In this document: positions 45,300 through 59,071 of the stretch, piece after piece
Layout: the number at the start of each line of letters is the position of its first letter
Position numbering within the stretch: the first letter of the stretch is position 1
Assembly: GCA_004431415.1 (NCBI GenBank)
Contig: QPMI01000057.1
Span: 1-64,000, forward strand
Length of the DNA: 64,000 nucleotides
Direction of reading: 5' to 3'
Source: Cyanophora paradoxa CCMP329
Lineage: Eukaryota > Plantae > Glaucophyta
Notes under the pieces: model-generated
What the model saw: the letters and a program-made list of their open reading frames with translations, nothing else
Database searches by the model: none
Told to the model about the DNA's origin: nothing
Made by a program: the position numbers and the translations under genes

Positions 45300-48200
45300 T
45301 TAAGATCTTGCTTTCTTTGCAGGCTTGCCCTGGCCCTTTCCGGCAGATCGCTTGCCCCTTCCACCTCCCTTTGAGTTCGCTTTCTTCGCAGCCTTCCCCT
45401 GTCGCTTGTCCTGCAAAGAGAGTTTAGGATGACTGTGCAAATCGAGTGGCTCCTCGGTGCGCACTTTCTTCAATCTTGCGTCAACGATCTTGGATTTCGG
45501 CTTGCCACTGGTCATCACCTTTTTTCCGCTCTTCTTCAGAACCTTCAAATGGCCTGAACGTACTTTGCTTGCGCCAGCCTTGTAGAGCTGTTGGGGGGCT
45601 CATTGTCCTTCTAACGAGATTGCGTATCCAAAGCCCCGGACCTTGTCAACAGCACGAGACTTGGCCTTCTCTGTCAAGTCCGAGGCCTCCACGATGTTGT
45701 TGGCCTGTGCAACGCAGGTCCACTGTTAGTGTGATCGAGTGCAATCTATGCAAAGAGTACCTTCTTCTTCATTTTCTCAAGAGCCTGGAGCGCCCGGCGT
45801 GTTTTCCTCGCCTTGGCCTCTGCGACCTTCTTGATTGGGCGGGCATCGATAGCCTGAAGTAATCCACGTTAGAAATCCTGCTCCTGCAAGACTTCAGCAT
45901 GCGATTTCAAAGAGACAGCAGCACCTTCATCCGGGCTCTGATGGCATCCATGACCTCCTTTGTCACAGGCATCTGTCGCACCGAGAACTCTCGTTCCTCC
46001 TCAGCGAACCTGTCCAGGTGTCAGATGTGCGTAGGAATATAAAGAGATTCCGGCACCATTTCGGCATGGCATCCCGGTCGGCAAATGCATAGCGATTATA
46101 CGCGTTGTCAATAACCTGCTGCAATTGAGCATGCAAGAGCGAGTTAACCAAATATACACAGGATCTCACCTCCACAGCCGCCTTCTTTCCTTGCGTTTTT
46201 AACATGGTCCCAATGGCTAGAATGTCTCGCTACTCACACGTGCTAGTGAGCTTCGGCAATACATTCTGATGCAGATAAATACCTTCTCGTCAGAATCGTA
46301 ATCCTCCTCTCTAGGCTCCATTTCTTCATCGCTGGAGTCCTGCACTCCGAAATCAGCTGCAAGACGAACATACAGTCTGGAAGGGGAGAGGAATCGACGA
46401 ACATCGCTCTCTGTCTCACTGGGGAGAGAGGTAAGGGCGATGCCGGGGGCCAACGCTTTTGTCTGACTCTTGGCATGATCCTGTTCGACTAATACAGACT
46501 TCAATTCCTTCGTGCTCTATTTTTGGGAAAGTATCGCCAACATGTTAGCCAGATATAACCAGCAGTGTCACATAAACAGGTACATTTTTGGAACCGGTTG
46601 GAGTCACGTGCACAGTGTCGAAACCCTCCTCATCGCTGCTCTGCGAAGTTTTCAGCAAACGAAGAAGGCTAGGTTATCAGTAAGAAAACACACCTCAGCC
46701 TCCCCTGCAAACAAAGGCCGAGAGAACCAGCGAGATGCTTTTGAAGCTTCCACTGAGCCCTTGTTATCGACTTCGACGAGAAGTGGATTCGCTGAGTGAC
46801 GGGTAAGACAGGCACGAGATGACGATAATAGACATACAGTTTGCTCTTCTATCGTCATCCTCCAGAACATCAGTGGCGAAATCAGGGACGTAGTCTGCAC
46901 GAAAATACTTAGATTGGGGGCGCGTTAGAGTGGAGAGAGTCTGTACGATGCACCTCCAGGAGCTTCGTCAACCATGTTTGCAATATCTGCCGCCAGTTGT
47001 TCTTTCAACTGAAGCTGCTCCTCTTTTCTACGAACTCAAATCAGCCAAAAAAGCCCTTTGCGTCCTGCTCAGTCTGAACACACCTTCGCCCCAGCTTGCG
47101 TCTTTCAGAGCGGGAACCTTTCGACTCCAGGTAGTTCTCATACCTGATGTCGCGGTTAGCAAACAACCATACGGAACAGTATGCAGGCACATTTCGTCAA
47201 AGTATTCTTCGAGCTTGGCCTCGTAGTCCTCTTCTGCTTCTTCATCTCCGTTCCCTGCATTTGCACCTGCTCACGTATTAACATCAAAAGAATCAGTGGT
47301 CGCTTGGTGAGACATTGTCTCCGAACCCCTGGTGGCCCGATTCTTCAAGGCAGGGCCATGATCGACATCGCTGCCCTCGCTCCCGTACTCATCCATGTCT
47401 GCAGTAGGAATCTCTGACGCCACCCGCTCGAGATCCTGGGCGGTTTCTCACGCTTGGGCGACATTTGCATCGTTGCATCGCACCGCAGCAGACTTCATCT
47501 GGGACAGAGAGAACAATCCATCGCCAGCAGTTTGTTCAATTTTGTCGCCTGGAAGAATCTATTGAAAAATCATCAGCAGGTCCTGGGTGTTCGCCCGCAG
47601 TAATCCAACTGACCATTTTGAGGTCTACTCGTCGCTGGTACTTCGATTTCTTCTCTTGCTCCTTTCTTTTAGCAGCTTTCTGCTTCGCAGCAAGGCGTCG
47701 CTTCATCTCTCGCAACTGTTTGATGTTTCAGTGGATATCTGGTGTAAAAGTGGGCTAACAGACCTCGGTGGCAAGCTTGGCCTCCTCGTTTTCGGGCGAA
47801 TCAGCTGCCTCCTCCTCATCGCCAGTCCCTTCGGATGTAGACTCCCCACCGCTCTCCTCCTGCGGGAGGAATATTGAGCACAAAGTTTCGGAAGTGATTT
47901 CGCATGTAGCGCTTTTCTCAACCTGAGTCTGCTGAGCATGCATGTGCTCCCGGACTTGAAGCCGCCACTTCAGGATTTCTTTGAACTCCTTCTTCCCGAG
48001 AACCTGCAAGCACTTGGTGCACTGGCTGTCGTGCTGCTTCAACGGCCATCCACCGCTCACCTTCAGATCAGAACAGTACACTTTGATGTCCTCTGAAGTT
48101 GCAGGGTGGCTCAGAATTCTGCACAGTCACAGTCACCGAATTGCCGTTGACTGACACAGGCAAGAGCACACTCGTGTGAATGGGGTCCCTCGAACGCGAA

Positions 48201-49518
48201 GGCACTGTACTGAGCAAGCATTGCGACGGGGGCATCGCTCTGCGCCCATATTTCGATTGATCAGTAGGATAACGGGGGGCATCAATTGGAGAGAAGTGAC
48301 CTTGACAAACTCCTCGACGGGACACTTCACGAACATGGAAATGGGCGCATCTTCATCGTAGCTGCACACGGTTTAGTGCTCAAAGACAACGTAGTCTTTA
48401 GTTTTAAAAAAATTCACCCATCGCGCTTTCGTTTTCCAGCCTTGAGAATGCAGCAGAGAAATATCATGAAAGCACTCAGGGACAAGCAACATATTTCAAT
48501 TGCCTTACCTTCTTGTGAAATACATCCAGAGGTTTGGAAGGCATGTCCACAAGTTGAAAGGCGTGCTTTGGATCTAAAAGCTGCAGACAAGAGCCGATAA
48601 GAACGAATTGCTAAATCATAGAATGGGCCGTGCCTTCGGGTCGATCGACTTGGGTGCGAGGAAGTCCTCGCACACAACGAAAATTTCGGCGGATGTATTT
48701 CTGCCGAAGCGTTTCAGATGCAACGCGCCGTGACCTGCTCAAAGACGAAAAGCAAAGCAGTTCTCCTACCTCGACGCTAGAGGCTTCGTTGCTTCCACCC
48801 TTTTAAAAAGCTGCTGGAATACCCAGAGAAGCGCATTGTAATCCTGGGACCTGAAAATCTTGGTCACGAACAAACCTGCACATGAGAAACCATGCAAGTG
48901 TCATGTTGAGGTGTTAGGGGGGCAGAGAAAACCAGCTTGCCTCCTTTGCGAAGGAACTCGGTCGCCAGCTTCGCAGCATGCAGCACCAGTTCGGACTGAG
49001 TGTATGCATCCTGAGTCCATGATTGACCAACGTTCGGAGCACCATCGTGGAGTACCCTGCAGGCCTTGGCGATCAAGACGGCTCATCGTCAAATTAAAAT
49101 GGACCAGCACAGAACGTACACGTCGCAGGTGCCGGGACTGATGTGCTTCTTTAGCGCGCTCCGGCACTTGGCGGTTGTAATATCCTCGATTAAGGATACA
49201 CAGTTCGGAATGGGGCGGATCGGGGCTAGGTCAACCCCTACAATAACGCTCGAGACCGGCATGTTCTTGCTTGCGACCTGCATCCTGCGCACAGGGGTCG
49301 CCGATGGCGCATGCAGCACCCGAGATACGTTCGGAGGCGTACCAACTGCCGGGCGCCGCGCATAGGTCGAGCAGAGTTCTGGCGGACGAGAGAAAATTGT
49401 ACTTCTTGTTCAGCTGAACGAGCTTGAACGCTGCGCGACTGCGGAACCCCTGCTCCTTAGCAAGGTGGTAGTACTTGTCCAGCCGCCCCTTTCCCGTGAC
49501 CTTCGTCTTCTTCGCCAT
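45300..49518 (-). CDS. SPB1: Pre-rRNA 2'-O-ribose methyltransferase Spb1/FTSJ3, multi-exon
   Basis: [100 protein letters not shown]. Confidence 0.96.
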
Positions 49519-49676
49519 TGCGCCTCGTATCTGCGAGTTCTTAAAAGGTCAGTGCCTGCTCGGAGTCTGCGGTAGTATTCAAGGGAGTCCAGTGAACTCG
49601 ATAGCACCGATCGAGATCGAGATCGGGGCGGGGGATTGGCGTGATTGGCGGAGATCGAGGTCGCACAAGGGCTCGC

Positions 49677-49948
49677 GACTTAAGAGATACGTCCCATTCA
49701 GGCCGCCGGCGCGACCGCACAGCGCATGCTCGGGAGGTCTTTCACGCACGGTTGAAAGACCTCCCGGCTGTCAAGGTAGATGTGAACTGCTCGAAGAAGG
49801 ACAAGACTTCTTCCCGAGTCCAACCACGGTCCCAGTCGCCGTTGGCTTGAAGCGCGAGATTGTAGAAGAGCAGCTTTACGACAGCAGCCCACTGTCCGCA
49901 ACATCGTCAATCGACGGGCGCCAACGACGTCAAAATCAAAATCAGCTT
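49677..49948 (+). repeat. Composite dispersed repeat: 49677-49734 matches 51936-51992, and 49738-49948 matches 55016-55225
   Basis: Near-identical direct copies. Confidence 0.9.
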
Positions 49949-50162
49949 ACGATCGCAGGCTCGATAGCAAAGCCCCAGCCTTCTGCTCTGATCGCCGCCC
50001 CGCTCGATCTGATCGCCGCCCCACTCGATCTGATCGCCGCGGCGCTTGATCTAGCTGGAACCGCTTGATCAGCTGCGGGCTCCGGGCTTTGAGCGTCCTA
50101 GCCGCCGACGTCCACGAGACCCCCTCCTCCTGGGCTGGGTACGCTAGACAGGAGGGAAAAAA

Positions 50163-51714
50163 ATGTTCACCTCCCCTATCGCCGTCGCCGCCCGCGGGAC
50201 GCTGCGCGCGTCGCCTTCTATGACGTCCGAGACGTCGCTGCCGCGGGCGTCCCCCTCAGTGTCCCGGCGGTCTGCTGGCAGGGCTTTCTTCGCTGGAGAG
50301 GTGACGCGGAGCATCAAGTTCGAGCCGAAGTACGCGCTCGCGGCGAGAACGTGGACGACTTGCTCGAGCGCCCCCGTCCCGCACCAAATCCCCGTGCGGA
50401 AACGAACCGACCGCGGCAGTTACGTCTGCCTCTGACACTGCGCAGGGGAAAGTCGAGCTCGTGAAAGGCGTCAATGATCTTCCGAAGGTTGTCATCTCGC
50501 ACCCGTCCGGGTCGAAAGCAGAGGTGATGTCTGTGTGTGCGTGCGATCCGATGCCGTAACGCGCATGTGCGTGCTGCAGATCTACCTTCAGGGCGCCAAC
50601 GTCGTGTCCTGGAAGATTGGGCTTCTTGAGATGCTGCTGCTCAGTGAGACGGCCGTGTTTGAGACTGGCAAGCCTATTCGCGGTGGCGTTCCGATCTGCT
50701 GGCCGCAGGTGATGCCCCCTTATGCGACGGATGCGCTTCTTCTAACCCTCCGACCTCCAGTTCGGCCCGGGATCGCTTCCGCAGCATGGTACAGCTGGAC
50801 TGCTTGTGCTACTGCCCGTCTAACTCTGCTTGCTCTCGCAGGCCTTGTCCGCCAGGCCGAGTGGTACGTGAAGGGAAGCCGCGAGAAGAAGGACGGGACT
50901 CTTCTTGTCACCTTCGGACTCGAGGACAGCGAGGAGACGCGCGCGGTTTGGCCCTACAAGTTTGCGTTGGAGTACACGGTGTCGCTCACTGGGGCAGAGC
51001 TTGGCTGTGAGCTGAAGGTGCGTAGAGATTGTTAGGGGTCACAGGGTTCGGCTTGTTAGAATTCTGCTTTACTTTGATGTAGGTCATGAACACTGGAGAC
51101 AAGCCGTTCGAGTTCACTGGTGGCCTTCACAGCTATGTCCGCTGCTCGGATCCTGCGACTGTGCAGTTCAGGGGTCTGAAGAATCTCACCTTCATCGACA
51201 AGTACGTGCCCTCTGAGCCTCCTGTTTTTTACTTTCAGGTCATTCAATTCCATGCAGGGTTGCGGGAGGCGAGAGCAAGGAGATGGACGAACCTGTCCAG
51301 CTTACTGGGGCTACAGACCGTGTTTACCTGAAGGCACCCAACGAGATTCGGATGCTGGACAGGAACGCCAAGGTGAAATTTTAATTTTAGCACAGGAAAC
51401 TTCAGTTCAAGACCCTGTCATCTGCAGCGGGCTGTGGTGTCCCGCAAGTATGGTTTTAGCGACGCTGTTATCTGGAACCCTTGGGAGGGACCGGTTTGGC
51501 TTTTTTGTGCTTTTCGTCCATCAAGACGAAGCCCATGGATTCCAGGTTGAGTGGAGTGAGTTCGTCTGTCTGGAGGCAGTCCAGGCTGGAGCGCCTGTCA
51601 CTGTGGAAGCGGGGGGTGAATGGTTCGGCTGGCAGAACCTTGGTAAGACTTTCATGTGTGCTTTGTTTTCCAAGCTCACGATGGCTTCCTGCAGTCTTCT
51701 CGAAGCTCATGTGA
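50163..51714 (+). CDS. Glucose-6-phosphate 1-epimerase / aldose-1-epimerase family protein with putative plastid transit peptide, multi-exon
   Basis: IYLQGANVVSWK, KPIRGGVPICWPQFGP, QHG, WPYKF, NTGDKPFEFTGGLHSY, DRVY, DAVIWNP, FVCLE. Confidence 0.9.
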
Positions 51715-52210
51715 GACAGCTAGGAGAACATGTTGGGGCCACTGGATTTGCGTACGGTGTTGCAGAGTCATCAAAGCCTGCGCCCAAATCCAAATCAAAG
51801 CCTGCACCCAAATCCAAATCAAAGCCTGCGCCCAAATCCAAATCAAAGCCTCAGTCTAGATCGATCGTAATTCTTCTGTTTGGATCTGAACCAAGCTCTT
51901 CCTCGACTTCGCGCGCTTCCTCACAAGGGCTCGTGACTTAAGGGATACGTCCCATTCAGGCCGCCGGCGCGACCGCACAGCGCATGCTCGGGCTAGGACC
52001 CATCCACGCACGGCCGGCGACCGGACCCCAGCCATGGCCAGCTCGCACCTCTCGGCTCAACACGACTAGATAGATAGTGCGTTCTCTCGGCTCAGCCTGG
52101 GCCGTGGGAGTCTGGCTTTTGCTAGATACCTCGATTGTCACGTCAAAAATGCAGTCGATACATTTTAACCCGACAAATGTGGTGTCTGAACTAGCAGGAA
52201 CTAGTCTGAA

Positions 52211-54791
52211 CTAGCGTGCTGGTGGCCATGGTGTGAACTGACTTGCAAGCATTGGGTTGGCTGGCAACCCAGAAGGGGCACCAGGCAACCCAGGAGGGGC
52301 ACCGGGCAACCCAGGAGGGGTACCAGGAAACCCAGGAGGGGCACCAGGCAATCCATGATGGGCACCAGGCAACCCCCAATGCATATGAGCACCAGGTAAC
52401 CCATGAGGGGCGCCAGGCCACGGAGATGGCAGAGGCTGTGTCTGAATTGAGGTGAGCAGCGCAAAAATAGAGAGCAAAGAGATTGACACCTTGAACACAG
52501 GCATGACGCCCGGAAGAGGGTGGGAGTGGGAGCCTCCCCCGGGGAGAAGTGGGGGAGGAGTGGAGTGGGACTGGGGGTGGGAGTGGGAGACGCCTGGGAG
52601 AAGGTGCATGCCTGGGAGAAGGTGCACGCCAGGGGAAGGGTCCACGCTGGGGATAGCGTGCATGCCAGTGGGGGCTGGGGCGAATGACGATGGAACAAAG
52701 GAAGATGGAGCAGACGAAGATGACGCGACCGGCGGCTCAGGGCTGGAGGATGGCGTTTGGCGATTGCCATCTTGGCGTTCAGGACCGTCTTCAGCCTCCC
52801 CATTGTCCTCGGACGAACTTGCAGTGAGAGCTGCAGATTCATTGGTCGCGTATATAAAAGCCATTATAATGACTGTGCGCACTTTCAATTGCATCTTCCT
52901 CTACACCAGCATCGTCCACTTCATCGCCCTCTACATCGCCTTCGCCTTCCACATCGCCGTCCCCCTCTGCCTCTTCCTCTGTGCGAGCTGCGGCAATCAC
53001 CGCATCCGCGATAGACGAGACCATTGACTGCGGCAGGGACGCTGCAGCTGCTGCTGCAGCTGCCATCGAGGCAGCTGCAGCAGCTGCCTCTTCACGCCCT
53101 TTCGGCCCCTTGCCTTTCTTGCTGCGTTTCACGGCTTCCGGGGCAGGCTCTGCAGGCTCGGGAGGAGGTGGAGGAGGTGGGAACATCTCGAAGAGGGGCG
53201 TGCCGATGGCACTGACAGGTTGTGGAGCCCCACCGGGCAGAACCGCTGGTAGGGGGTACTTGAACTCGGGCCCTGAGTGCCTTTTAGAAGATACGCTAGA
53301 TCGGGGTGGCGGCGCGTACCAAAGTTGAGGGCCACAGAGGCAAGACCATCTTTGGAAGACCAGAGGGAAACCGCTGGATGGTAGCCCCCTGAGGGACCTG
53401 TAAGGAAAACGACGGCGGGATGTGCGGGAGGGCAGGGTGTGCGCAGATGGCACCGGGAGTAAGGCCTGAGAACGCCACGCCGAGATCCTCGCCGTTCAAA
53501 AAGAAGCGCACCTGCAGCAGATTCAGGTGCCCAGCTTGCTGCACTCGAAAGCTCTACCTGCCTCGCTCTCTGCGAGTGGCTTTTCGTCCTCCCCTGTGGC
53601 AGCTTTTTGCACCCGGTCCGGTTGCAGAATTGTCACCTGCGGCAGCTTCTCAGGTCGGAACTCATAGTGAGGCACAAGACGTGCCTTCGCACGCGCGCCA
53701 CGGCCTTGAACCATGACAGGGATCGGCTGTGGCGGCTCCAGCTCGGGCACTGTCTCTGCTGTCTGCCAACCATCACGGGCAATCTGCAGGTTGTCTGCCT
53801 GCAACAACATACCTGCGGCGGGAGACGAATGTAGCAACCAACAACATCGCCGGGTGTAAAGGGCTTCCCTGTTTGACAGCAATTCAGTTCGAGTGTTACT
53901 TGACGGCGGCAGATGAGCACTGCTTACCATAGGGCTTTCCAATCGAGCGGTGGAAAGCCTGACGTCAAGTCAAGGCAGCGGGCAGAGCAGGGCTGTAGGG
54001 CAGACGTGTCGGACGCACCTGCCCATCGACAGAACGTACTGAATAGGAAAATCGGTCGTACCCCACTGGGGCCTGCAAATCTCCTTTTCCAGTGCTCCAA
54101 CCAAGTCTGATTGTCCACTCAGAGTCAGGAGTCGGTACCAGGGGAGGCATTACAGGCTGAGAGCAGCATTATTGACCTCTGAGCATTCTCCCCCTTTCCT
54201 TCCAGGATTGAAACCTCGAAATACCAGGCACCAGACCAAACAAAATGGGAGGCGCGGGTCATGCGGTATCCCTGTCGCCAGGGTCGACGGCCCATGATTG
54301 ACAGAGGCATGTGGAACACGAACTTTCTGGCCAGAGACCGTGAGCCCGTCATCGGAGACTTTGAGCTGTGGGGCGCAATCGGCTGGATCCGTCGTCACTC
54401 GCACGCTTGGGGACTTGCGCCAGCTTGTTACTGACCCAAAGTTAGAGACAAGATCAGCTGGGTGCACGCAACAAACCAGTGGGCTGAATGTGGATGATAG
54501 TCTTTGAAGGCGCTGCACGCTCACGCTCCTCCCCGCTCCGACGTCGACGCTCCCTGTTTCTTCCGCTTGACTTCTCCCGCGGCCGCTTCGGGCGCTGCGT
54601 GAGTTCCATCGGTACCCAGCACGCTCAAGGGCCGAAGGAGGACTCGCCCGGCCAGCTTTCGGGTCGTAGTCATCATTGCCGTCATCACGCTCCCGCTCCC
54701 GGTCTCTTTCCCGATCCCGTAGCTTCTTTTTGGGAGGCGGCCGCGTCTCAGCCCGCACCAACACCTGGCCCCTGTCTCGTGTAGTGTACAT
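52211..54791 (-). CDS. ASH2L: ASH2L/Bre2-like SPRY-domain COMPASS subunit with Pro/Gly-rich tail, multi-exon; start uncertain
   Basis: [76 protein letters not shown]. Confidence 0.85.
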
Positions 54792-56028
54792 TCCTGTCTC
54801 ATGTCTTGTTGGCGCAAAACGTGGGGCGCCCTGATTGGCGCCATACGTGGGGCAACGAACCTCGAGAAACGCGGTAAGGATCTTTGGTGACGTACAGCAT
54901 AACAGCTTTTGTAAAAGTCTCGCCTGAGCTCGATCAAATCAGAGGTAGCATCACGTTTGGCTCTAGCTGGCTTAGCCAAGGCATTCATACGAAATAGAAT
55001 GAACAGCCAGGACGTCTTTCACGCACGGTTGAAAGACCTCCCGGCTGTCAAGGTAGATGTGTACTGCTCGAAGAAGGACAAGACTTCTTCCCGAGTCCAA
55101 CCACGGTCCCAGTCGCCGTTGGCTTGAAGCGCGAGATTGTAGAAGAGCAGCTTTACGACAGCAGCCCACTGTCCGCAACATCGTCAATCGATGGGCGCCA
55201 ACGACGTCAGAATCAAATCAGCTTGGCAGCGCGCCTGTTTGAGCAAGGGGTCAAAGTGATCCACGCCGTCTGCGCTGCAAGCCGAGCATTCGAACTGCCA
55301 TACGGGCGGTTCAGAGCTCTGCGGAAGACGATGCTGCCGCACGCGCGCGCGCCTTGTACGCCAAGTCGCCGTGGAGAACCGCCGGCGGCGGCGGGTCGAG
55401 ACAACCTACTCGGCTCGTCTGGAGGGGCAGGCAAATGCATATGCGATCTGCAGATAAAGGCTACCTTGATGAAAGAACTTGCCGCACGAACCGCAGCCGA
55501 GCATCGCCAGGCCGCTGATGCGCCTGAGCCTAGGAAGTAGACGAAAGAACAACGGGCGACGAACCTGTCGGCAGAAGAGCAGCGCGTACATCTCTGCTCG
55601 CCGCTAGCCGCCGGCGCTGGTGCGGGCGGTTCGCACGGCTCGACCGGCGGCGAGGAGGACAACTTCGCCGACATTCCCAGCGGGCTCAAGGTAGGGTAAG
55701 AAGCCCTCAGTCACGGACGCGTACGCGGTCAGACCCGGTCAGACCCGGTCAGTGTGCCCCCGGGTATGGTAATCCATAAAAAATATATACGTATACAGGT
55801 CAACTCCAACCCTCCGGAGCTCAAATCAAAAGTTCAACCACATCGATATCGTCCAATCAAAATTTAAATTCAAATCATGCAAACGTACGTTCAACCATTC
55901 AATTAAACTTGAGAAACCTCAAATCAAAGTCCAACCGAAGTCCAACGTCGAATACATTGCCGCCGTGCACGAGCTTTGACGTGTATTAAGCACAGGCTGG
56001 GGCTACGAGCTCTCGCTATTTACAGAAG

Positions 56029-57211
56029 TCATGCAGCACCAGTGTCCATGGAGTCGGCAGGCTGGCTGCCGGGGGCAGTATCGGCAGGGGCGGCAGAGCT
56101 GGCCTGATACTGCATCGGCTCTCCCTCTAGCTTTGCAAGATGCGGGGCAATCTTCTCGTCCCGCACGATCTCCATTCTGTGCGAATATTGTCAGCTTGCA
56201 GAAAGACGAAATGGACGAGAGAGGGGCAAAGCACCGGCTGCCGGTGGTGACGATGGCGATCTCGCAGTTCTTCACATTCAACTCGCCGTTGGGAGAGGTC
56301 TCACGCAGGGCAAGCAGCGCGTGCTTGATTAGATCATCCAGCGAGCACTCAGCGAACTGCTCGAAGTGTTTCTCGAGATACGTTTTTGCTGACTGCGACC
56401 GCGCGCCAATTGTGTGCGCCTTCCACTCGAAGTAGTTCCCTGGTCGTCTCATCAGATGTCGATGGGTAGGAAAAGGAACGAGAAAGGATCCGGAGCACCA
56501 GCGGGGTCTGTGGAGTACAGGTGAACGCCCGTCGAGTCCGCCCCTGCGATGAGCAGGCCCACGCCGTAGGGACGCTTGTCCGAGCGCTGTGTGTGAACCT
56601 AGGAAAGAGTTACGCGGGCGCGTGAGTTTAGTTGAGGCCCGCATGCGCCCGCAGGTGCACCTGCGACTTATCTGCGACGGCCGTAACGAGCCTGCTGAGC
56701 GGTATCGCGCTGCTGTAGATGTACTGGTGCGACTGGGCCTCCCCGCGCATGAACTTCGCAAGAGAACGCGCGTCCGCAGTGAGGCCGGAAATAGCCATCC
56801 CAACATGCTCGTCGATGTCAAAGATCTTTTTTTGATGCGTGCCGCCCTCCTGCGGCGCCCTGCGAAGTGCTGCCAGAACCGCATGGGTCTTGCTGCGAAC
56901 GCCAACGACGGCGCTGCCCTGTTTGATGGCCTCCATCGCATACTCCACCTGCGCAATTGAGGCGTTCGGCCGCTCAAACGAATGCGTACAAGCCCGCCGA
57001 CTGGCGGATTGGACCGGAATGGAGCAGGCGGGCGGTGAGGGGTGCTGCTGCTCGCACCTGATGCAGGCGCCCCTGCGGACTCCAGGTCGTCACGTCGGTG
57101 TCTGCGCGTAAAGGCGCGGTCAAATGTTGGGAGAACTTCAAGTACGTGCGCGCAGCGAGAGCGCATCGAGTGCATCACGTGCATTCACGCACCGTACATG
57201 GAGCGATACAT
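56029..57211 (-). CDS. PSMA1: 20S proteasome subunit alpha-6 (alpha type-1), multi-exon
   Basis: [69 protein letters not shown]. Confidence 0.96.
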
Positions 57212-57305
57212 GGCTCCGGCTCAGCGAACGCGGGGCAGAGGGCGACAGGGGTAGGCAGCCGAGAAGGGGCGAAGTAGGGGGTACGTCGTGCGCGCCGCCA
57301 GCACC

Positions 57306-58236
57306 ATGCCACTCGTTCAGTCTATCCCTGATGGCGTTGGAGCGCTGCCGTACATCGACCCGTTGGCAGAAGAAGAGAAGGAATTGGTCCGCGCCCGCAG
57401 AATTGCCAGTGCTTAAGTCGCTGCGCATTCGATCCTAGCGCATTGTCCTCCGGTCGCTTACGCTCACGCCCAGGTTAACCAGCTGATTCTCGAGGAGGCA
57501 CGCACCTTTCGATCTGATGCACAGCACCTCGCGTCGCTTCCGCACGTCGATCTCTTTCTGAAGGTATGCGCCGCGTCACGTTTGCACCCGCGCCAAAACT
57601 TAATACGGTCGCGTTGCAGGACTCGCCGATTCTGCAAAGCGAGTTCGCTCGGATACGTGACGGCCAACCGATGGGCAGCTTGGATATGTCTCGATACCAG
57701 CTCGAGGCCCCGCAGCAAAGCAAGCGCAACGATGTGGCCGCGTGGAAGGCTGCGACAGCGACTGCCCAGGCGCAGCTAGAACACCAATATTTGAGGTCCG
57801 CCTTCCTCGGATCTGTTGTTTGTCGTCGCCTAATGCTGGCAAAGGATCATCAACCTGGAGTTGCTCAATCGCTTCGGGGTCAGCTCGTTTCGTGTGCATT
57901 GTGAGGACCTTCGGCGAATGCTTGCTGGGTGAGACCTTCCCTTGCATTGGCGCAGGTTGCCTGGATCTCACGGAACCTCGTGCTCGCCAGAATCCAGGCA
58001 CAGCTCAAGCAGTGCAAAATGGACATCGAGAATATCAACAAAGAGAGGAACATGGAGCAGGTGCCTCGATAAGTGGCTGCTCTCTTCGTATCACTGATTC
58101 GTACATACAGATTCTCGTCGGTCAAAAGCTTCATAATCTTGAAGTGCAATGGCAGGATCTCATTCAGAAGAACCTTGAGATCGAAACGGCTTGCCATCTC
58201 CTGGAACGCCGCGTAGACACGCAAGCTAGCAGCTAG
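57306..58236 (+). CDS. BCAS2: Pre-mRNA splicing factor SPF27/BCAS2, multi-exon
   Basis: ALPYID, LDMSRYQL, W..A...AQAQLEHQ.LRIINLELL, INKERNMEQ, LE.QW.DLI.KNLEIE.AC. Confidence 0.9.
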
Positions 58237-59071
58237 CTAGCTGCATATGTGAACTACGCCTGCGTGGGCTACACATGGGAGGGTGCAGCCCTCGCCATAT
58301 GCTGCCGGCCTGGCCGTTCCTTTCCGAAGCTTTGAAGGGGAGTAACGGTTCGAATTCCCGTCCAACCTTCAAGACGTCCAACTTCCATTGTAATCGTAAT
58401 CATAGTCCGAATCTGCACAGCTATATAGCTAGCGCTGCAGAAGCCTATAGAACGTTAGTATAAGGGCAGATGCTCCTGGAGCTCCTCTCGGTCTCCCGGG
58501 CTCCCCCTTCATTTATATTTTAATAATAAATATATATATATAAGCTTAATTCGAATTTTCGAACTCATTCCCCGAGAATCCAGGGCTCCTCTCCCCCTAG
58601 GCCTGGCCATGCATGGATTCGGAGTGATATCGATCGATAGGGCTGGCCAAGGCGCCCGCCGGCCATGCATGGACTTGGAGTGATATCGATCTTTCTACGC
58701 TACGGGCGCGCCGGACCTCCTACCTACAGCGCTTTAACTGTACCCGTGCTGTTAGGGATAGAGCGTAACCCGCAGGGACTGGTGCCCTGATGGGGAAAAG
58801 GGGATGGGAGCCTAGCTAGCTACGAGCCGAGCAGGCGCTTCGCGTCCACGCCCGTGCCGTAGCGGATGAAGATGCCCCTGCGAGAGGTCTGTGCGATCAG
58901 TACGATTACGATTGCGACTGCCGCGCCCATTACGATCGGAAAGTGACCAAAAAACAGCGAGGGTACGCGTTTAGCACTAGCTGGGGCAAGCGCCCCTGGC
59001 GCAGCCTAAGCAGCGCGCGTCAGCGGGCGTACAACCGAGAGAGCCTGGTCCCGAAGGCCGCAGCTGTCAGC

